Below are positions 56,486-64,000 of a DNA stretch of 64,000 bases, piece by piece (position 1 is the stretch's first letter; each line of letters starts with the position of its first letter). The DNA is from the human T2T-CHM13v2.0 reference genome, Homo sapiens: assembly GCF_009914755.1 (NCBI RefSeq), contig NC_060931.1; one strand, 5' to 3'. The notes beneath the pieces are model-generated. The model worked only from the letters and a program-made list of their open reading frames with translations, searched no databases and was not told where the DNA came from. The position numbers and the translations under genes were made by a program.

Positions 56486-58653
56486 TTATGAGAGTGGAAC
56501 ATCAAGTCTAGGTTTAGATTTATTTTTTAACCATCAACTTATTATGAAATGTTAATTTTTAAAAATATGTAAAAATCTGAAGCACTCTATCTGTAGCTTT
56601 CAGGGAATCTATTATTAAAATTAAGCCTGCAGCAAAGGACATTAGTAAAAGGAAAGAGTTTCTAAACAAAATATTTAACACTCAAAGTAGTAAACATATG
56701 GACAAGAATGTAGGAATTTCATCAGTTTTTATTAGATGTATCCAGACAAGCAACTTTTAAACTTTTCTAAAATCTGAAATCACTGTAACATTTCCAGAGG
56801 TCTTTTAAAGTTCTTTTGAGAAGGACAGGCTACAGCTTCGTGGAGCTATTCATTTACTGTGACAAATTATTTTCCCGTGATGAAGAATGGTTGTAATAGA
56901 AGACATAAATTCATTGATAAGTACATGAGTTGTCCAAAAATGGTTTCATCAAAAATACTAAAAGCCAGGAGATTTTTGAACCACAGTCCAGGTTTAGAAG
57001 ACCTAGTTGAGGTATGCTCTTGGATCTGTTCTATCTACGGAACTCTTCTTTTGCTTCTTCCCAGGTCTCCTTTGTTTCTGTACTAGTGAAACAAAAATCC
57101 TGGATGTAGAACTCCTCCATGTATTATCTATACTGGAAATTTCAGAAGGTGATGGACCATAGGCAAATGTGCTTCAAAATAAAGCTTAACTTGATCCAAG
57201 CAAGATATATAGCTATATGTTTCTTAAAGGTTTTACACCATTTGGTCACCTATGTGAAGGAAGTATTTCTTTAAACACAACTCAAATAACCATTTTGGTT
57301 TTGACTTTTTGTTTGTTTTCTTTGATAATATGTATTATAATTTTCCTTAAAATATTTCAGAATAAACATTTTATATGTGTTTTCTATGTCTATGTCTGTG
57401 TAAGATGTGTAAGTAAACTTTAATTATACCTTATGGACAATTAGTTAGCAGTGGAATACCTTAACCAAGACTCAATACTCCAAAGGAGATTACTTAGGGA
57501 CTTCAAATGTTTGCATATCTACATTGGCTTGTTATTAATTTGCATTAGGAATCTTGGAAATTAATTTCTATTGCTAAAATTAAGGGTGTTCAGGATACAT
57601 AGTTGGTTAGAAAAATTGTAGTGGATTCATTGTTATTACATGAACAAAGCATAATAATTTGGCCCAATGGCTTAATATAATAAGGGCGGGGCTTTTGGTC
57701 TTCTCTGTCAGTGGTACATAAGGTTCAATCCAGTGGTAGTGGGTGAAGTGGTTAACACTGTAAATAAATTAAGGGTAAAAAACATCTGTAACAACTTATC
57801 AGAGTAATTTTATATCTTTGAGTTCTAAATATACTAACAAAACAAACACACCAACGAAAACTACTAGGAACTTGTATTTTGTATTTAAAAAAAATGTTCT
57901 AGTAATTAACTATTAATTTTTAGTATATTTTTTAAAAAATTAGTCTTCAAAAGATTAAGAAAAAGATGATATATTGAGACACACTATCCTAGTTCCTTGC
58001 TAGCTTTATATTCTTCCATCTACGCTAAATAGAAATTGTTGGGTTTGCTATCATAATGCCACTGAGTTCTCCAAAAGAGTAATCTTTTAGTGCATGGAGC
58101 TGTCACAGGACTGAAGGCTGATGACATTGCATAAATGTTGGTTTTTTTTACCATTTCCTTTCCTTTTGCTTTTCCTTTCCTTGTTTATTCTGCTTAATAA
58201 AAATATTGTTATGTTTGACAAAATTTGACCTGTCAAATGTAACGTAATGATCTTTAAATTTAAATTACATTTCAGTGCAATACCCTACTGGTATCCAGGT
58301 TGCGGGTGAGTATACAAACTCCAATATTTACCAAAATAACTTTCCAGTTGCTAAAATGCCAAATATAGGCTTAGTTTTGCCATTTCTTTCCCAAGTTCAA
58401 TCAGCCCTTTTGCCACTGCTCCTATTTTGAAACCCATGTAATTTGTATTTCCTGTTGTTTTTTTCAAAGGCTCAGAGGTATAGACTCATTACTAAGAAGG
58501 TGAATACACAATCTTTGTGAAGGAGCAGAATTATATATGAAGTTATAAAAGATACTCAAAGAACTTTCTCCAGGGGATTATAACTAAATCTTCACTCCCA
58601 GCTGCCTCACCTGTCAATTAGCCAGAGTGTGACCAAAATGGCAGCAGGCAAAT

Positions 58654-58697
58654 GTGAAAAATCCAATACTGACCAGTGAAAAATCCAATACTGACCA
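58654..58697. repeat. Perfect 22-bp tandem duplication
   Basis: gtgaaaaatccaatactgacca x2. Confidence 0.95.
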
Positions 58698-61121
58698 TAA
58701 GCACATAAGACGAAACCACTCACCCTTGTCCTTCGTCAAGGTAGAAATCTGCTTCAGCAGTACTTTCAAATACAAAGGACAATAATATGGCAATAACAAC
58801 TGGCAGCTTTCCCGGATTTAACTGCTCTCTAATTTTGTATTAACTTCAAGAAAGATGAATTTCTTAATAACGAATTAGGGCTTTGAGTTGCTGTCTAGAG
58901 CAGACTGGCAATTTGACTGATATCCTAAATGTAAACCTTAATGATTACCACTTGGATACTTAAAGTTCTGCAATTGCTCCTACTAGGTTTATTACGAGAG
59001 AAATAATCACCTCTACAGATGTTTTTTGACACATAATAAATTGAAAAGCATGAAATCCTTGCTATAAAGTATTTGTTTTGGAACATCTACTTTCCAAACA
59101 CATGACTATTTTTGAATCAGTGCATTCCCACAAAAAAAAGTGTGTGTGTGTGTGTGGTGGCGGCGGGGGCAGGGGGGGTGGTGGGCCTGTGTGTTGCTGC
59201 TCTGGAAGTTAAGGTGATTGAAATATTGTTCTATTGTTGCTCTACCAGCATCATTTTAGTTTTGCTTTATGAAATATTTGAAATGAAAAGCAGTGTAAAT
59301 CTATTAAGACTCAAAAGTGATTCATACTATGTGATTGTGGAACTGGGTTTATCTGTCTCACATTATTAGTAAAATAGTTGCCTTATGTCACATAAACATC
59401 TGCAACATGACAACACTACCCTGTTAGCAAATTCAAATACCTCTTTAAAAAACCCTCATAAGTCACCTTTTATGTAGTCTTTCTAAAAATAGGTAAAGGC
59501 ATAATTATGTAAATTCTAAAAGAGAATTGTTTCAATCAACATCATAAGGTGCACAGTAATTTGACTCAAGGATGATTATAAGATTTTAAAATATGTAAAA
59601 TGGGATACATATCTGCTCACAAAATCAAGTTCTCAATTTATTCTTTATTAGTAAACCTATTAATTTCTTATATTAAGACTTTTCCCTACAAATAATATAG
59701 AATTTCTGATTCAATCTAGACTCATGGAGAGCACTTTGTTACTTTTCCAAAAATGAAATCATAAATGAAGAAGATTATAGAAACCCAATTCACAATCCTG
59801 TAAATTGAGAAAGTATACTTTTCATTAATTTTGGCTTTAAAAGTTGAATTTAAAACCTTCATAAATGATATTCCATGTTGTCAGTACACTGAATAATTTA
59901 AAAATTGTTTGAATAGAAATATGTAAGGTGAGAGAACATGACATTGATAACATACAGATATGCGCAAAGCACTCACAGGAAGAAGTGCCCATCAGAAATG
60001 TGAGGAGTCAGCAAATAAATGATTCAGGATTTCTTCACCATCAAATGCCACTTTGTAAAATGTGACAGCCCAGTAAGTTAGGATGAGCTAAATTAAACTA
60101 AAGCCCACATGTATAATCCCTCACAGTTTCCAAATAACTTTCACGGATAGCATCTCATTTCATCTAAAAAACATTAAAAGGTAAGCAAAGCCAGCAAGTA
60201 TCTTCGTCTCTTATTTGAGGAAGCCAATGTAAAAATAGGATAATTGACTTGAGGATTATCACACTACTTATGGATAGATGTTAGATTCATTGGTACTTTC
60301 ACCCAATTCATCCCCACATCCTGTGTGTCAGGAAATGGGCATGTTTCCTACATGACTGAGGATTAATGATCCTGGCCCTTGACCCACCACTAAATTAATA
60401 TATTCCATAGAACTAGGGATGTCAGGATACTAGTCAAGGAATTCAAGTTGGCTGTGGATAAAGAGGATAATTTTAGCTTTGTCTCCTCTTTGTTTAAAGC
60501 CGTTAAGCAAGATTTAGGCAGTTATAGCTAGATCAAAAATCTCAATCTTCCATCCTTACACCACTACAAACTCTGTGGGAGATTTGAAACACATGTCTGT
60601 ATTTTCAGGGATTTTTTTTTTCCCCCGAGTATCCTCAATGCACAAAAGAAGCAAAACAACTTGATACCAAGAAATGAAGGGCATATGAGGGTAATGGATG
60701 GATAAAGAATCTAAACTCAAAGTGAAATAATAAAGTACAAATCAATGAATGAATAAAATAACCGCCAGAGGTAAATTTTAACATTGGTGAATCCCCCTCA
60801 AAAACTCAGATCTATTGAGTCGATTTTAACAAATTGAGCAGTTTCAGAAAACCATATGTAAAAATTATGTTAATCTTTTATGTCTTGCTCACTTCTTAAA
60901 CAAGACGCCTGCCTTTCGTTCATGTAGGGTTTCACTGTCAAGTAAAGACTAAGCATTCCAAAATCCAAGATAAAACTTTACATTGACACTTTAACCTTTT
61001 TTGGACATTTGGCCAGAGCTGAAAATCCAGCCAACCATGATTTTTTGACAGAATGACAGAAATAAGCGAAGCAGTTTCCTCACTCCCTTCGTTTATGTAA
61101 GCAGCAATATAATAACTAAAA

Positions 61122-61255
61122 CAGCTTTCCCAAAGTATGTTCCACAAGATGTTAACAGCTATTATGTGGGGAAAAAATGTTCCATGGTCAAATAAATTTG
61201 ACAGTCATTGTGTAAAACCAAATTTAGAAGTTCTCTTTATTTCAGGGGCCCTTAT
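61122..61255. mobile_element. MER103-like hAT-Charlie fragment
   Basis: cagctttcccaaagtatgttcca...gttccatggtcaaataaatttg. Confidence 0.65.
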
Positions 61256-61699
61256 GACCATAATTATACTTCTGGTCATAAAACCCCTGCGTTTCATGAC
61301 TACGTACTAGGAATTGTTGCTTTAAGGAAAGGATCTAGTTATTCTTTCTATTACAAGCACAACCCGAGTCCTGGAACTTGACCAGGGCTAACACACTGAA
61401 ATAGTAACAGAGGTTCTCTGTATGCTGTGGGCTTCATGTGCCACCATTGCTTAGGACTACAGTCACCTAAATTTGGGAAGAATTTTATGCTTGTTAATAG
61501 ATCAAGGTTGCTTCTTAGTTCCACTAAGAGTAATTGTTTTATTAAAAAAAATCACAGTACCAACATTATACTGAGAAAATGTGATAAAGCCCTAATCATC
61601 AAATATCTAAGTCAGAGCTCAAATTTTCCAAATTATGGCAGAATTTTTAAACAGATGATTTGTTTGAATGACCATGCAAGTTCCACACATTGCATGTGA

Positions 61700-62950
61700 T
61701 TGATATGTCATGTAAGGCTACTAGTAATCTACAGATATGCTCTTCCTTACTTCTTTTTTGTCTTCCAATATTTGTCATTATTCTTAAACTGGAAAATTTT
61801 TCTTGTAGAGTTTCTCACCTTCTGAATTTTAAGGATTATATCTTATGATGCCATTTAACATGTTCCTCTGTCCCTTGAAACTTCTGCAGTCTTGTGGATA
61901 AATCTAAAGGCTTGACTTGGTTCAGGTTTAATTTTTAATTTCTGTCTACTTGCCAAAAACCTTTTGTACGTTCATCAAGAGTCATGTAATGTCTAGAAGT
62001 TTCTCTTTTTGTGACATTAGTAGTAGCCACTGATGACAACTGTCTAGATTGATTATTTTATTAAAGGTTTTCAGGTGACAGTGATATTCTAACTGTATTA
62101 TTTCATCTTCATTAGCTGGCATATTTTTATAAAGAGGAACTCAGTCTCATCAACTATGTGGTTAGGGTTTTTACAAGAAAGTCAGGTAAAATGTTGTCTC
62201 CATTTATTTAGCAGATTACAGATGACAGAGATGGTTCACCAGTTTCCTCCAAACAAGCTGAGAGTTTTTTCTTTCTTTTTAATTCATGTATTTTTTTATT
62301 ATGATGAGCTCATGGATTACAAAAAATTTTGTGTTTTAATCCATTGTTATTATTAATTTTCTTGATGATAATTTTGTACCCTTTTTTATGGCCAATAGAA
62401 GCCTCTTTCAGTTCACTTTTGAATCTTTCTGTTATGAGCCAGTAGACTTTGATAACTCTATTGCATTCAGGTTATACTTTCATTTTTTAAAAAGTAAAAT
62501 AGCTTTGTATTCCCTTACTTGTTTTTAGACAAAAGGTAGCAATCATGCACCATTTTCTCTACCTTGAATTTTGTTCATCAAGAATCATATATAGAGATAT
62601 TTTTCATTTCTTTTTACAGCTATATAGTATGTCACTGTGTATGGAATATAATTTCTTTAATGAATTCCTTTTTTGATGCACACTTGGGTTGTTCAAGGCT
62701 TTTTGCTTTTCTAAAATATACTGCTGTAATGCAGCCTTGCCTGCATTGTTTTTAAATTCTATTCATGTTGCTGTGTGTGTGTCTAGTCTGTTGTTTTTAA
62801 CCATGTCATGGTACTCCATGCTACACATAGAAAAACATAATTTTATAAAAACCACAGAGGCAGAATCCACTAATGATTTTCATTTGCAAAGATATAAACA
62901 ATTTACTCCATTATAAGTGGATAGTTTTTGCAATTACATAAATTGCTTTT
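61700..62950 (-). mobile_element. Ancient L1ME/L1MC 3' UTR fragments
   Basis: ccatttaacatgttcctctgtccc...aatctaaaggcttga...ttcaggttt. Confidence 0.6.
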
Positions 62951-62957
62951 CAATATC

Positions 62958-63352
62958 TGTATCGTTTGGCTGTGCCCCCACCCACTCATCTTGAATTGTA
63001 ATCTGAATTGTAATCCCCATGTGTTGGTGGAGGAACCATGTGTGAGGTAATTAGATCATGGGGCTGGTTCCCCCTGCTCCCCCCATGCTGTTCTCGTGAT
63101 AGTGAGTGAGTTTTTATGAGATCTGATGGTTTTATAAGGGGCTTTCCCCACCTTCGCTCTGCACTTCTCTCTCCTGCCGCCATGTGAAGGACATGTTTGC
63201 TCCCACTTCCATCACGATTGTAAGTTTCCTGAGGTGTCCCCAGCTATGCAGAATTGTGAGTCAATTAAACCTCTTTTTATTAAAATAAATAAATAAATAA
63301 ATTACCCAGTGTCCGGCGTTTCTTCACAGCAGCATGAGAATAGGCTAATATA
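62958..63352 (+). mobile_element. THE1 solo LTR
   Basis: gtttggctgtgcccccaccc...gagatctgatggttttata...tgtgagtcaattaaacctc...ctaata. Confidence 0.92.
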
Positions 63353-63429
63353 ATGTGTCATAATTCTTTTCTTTTTTTTAATAAAAAGTTACATAGATTA
63401 TTTCTTCTGGAAGTGTTATTGCTTTATTC

Positions 63430-63972
63430 ACAGGCAACAAACACAAAAACAGACAAATGGAATTACATCAAGCTAAAAAGCTTCTGTATAGCAAGGGAAA
63501 CAATCAACAGAGTGAAGAGACAACCTACAGAATAGGAGAAAATATGTGCAAACTATTCATTTAACAAGGGATTAATAATCAAAATATATAAAGAACTCAA
63601 GCAACTCAAAACTAAAAATAATAATAATCCCAGTAAAAAGTGGGCAAAGAGGTTGGGTGCAGTGGCTCACATCTGTAATCCGAGCACTTTGGGAGGCCAA
63701 GGTGGTCAGATCACTTGAGGTTAGGAGTTCGAGACATATATATATACACATATGTATACACATATATACATATATTTCATTGTATATATTATATATACAT
63801 ATATATTATACATATATAATATATATGTATATATAATATATACAATGAAATATTATTCAGCCATAAAAAGAAGAAAATCCTGTCATTTGCAGATGTGGAT
63901 GAGCCTGGAGGACATTATGTTAAGTGAAATAAGACAGGCATGGAAACACAAATAGCATGTTTCATTTATATG
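63430..63972 (+). mobile_element. L1 3' fragments with a partial Alu (63651-63735) and a (TA)n tract
   Basis: acatcaagctaaaaagcttctg...aaaagtgggcaaaga, Alu 5' end, TA tract, then cctgtcatttgca. Confidence 0.88.
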
Positions 63973-63973
63973 T

Positions 63974-64000
63974 TAATATGATTAGGCTTTGTTTCCCCAC
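63974..64000 (+). mobile_element. Start of a THE1/MST LTR (cut by window edge)
   Basis: taatatgattaggctttgtttccccac. Confidence 0.6.

Overview
Primate (most likely human) AT-rich, CpG-poor intronic DNA. The only protein-coding sequence I can support is one 117-nt internal exon on the minus strand (31007-31123). It encodes [39 protein letters not shown](C), which I recognise as exon 2 of MAGI2 (S-SCAM), at the PDZ0/guanylate-kinase-like junction. Lower coordinates are therefore intron 2 and higher coordinates intron 1. The rest is interspersed repeats: old L1s, a full-length decayed L1PA15/16-like element split by a complete THE1 element that carries two Alus, plus Alus, MIR, L2, MaLR/ERVL LTRs and hAT MITEs. 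Also present are a U6 retrocopy, an HSP90AA1 3'UTR-only retrocopy split by an L1 fragment, a probable orphan retrocopy with TSDs, and splice signals compatible with an antisense lncRNA. The most interesting unexplained signals are sense-strand cryptic splicing elements in intron 2: a recursive-splice/micro-exon-like site near 10.84 kb and a stop-creating cassette near 23.0 kb. There is no evidence of prokaryotic systems. Repeat subfamily names and parent-gene identities come from recognition by eye, not from a database search, and repeat boundaries are approximate.
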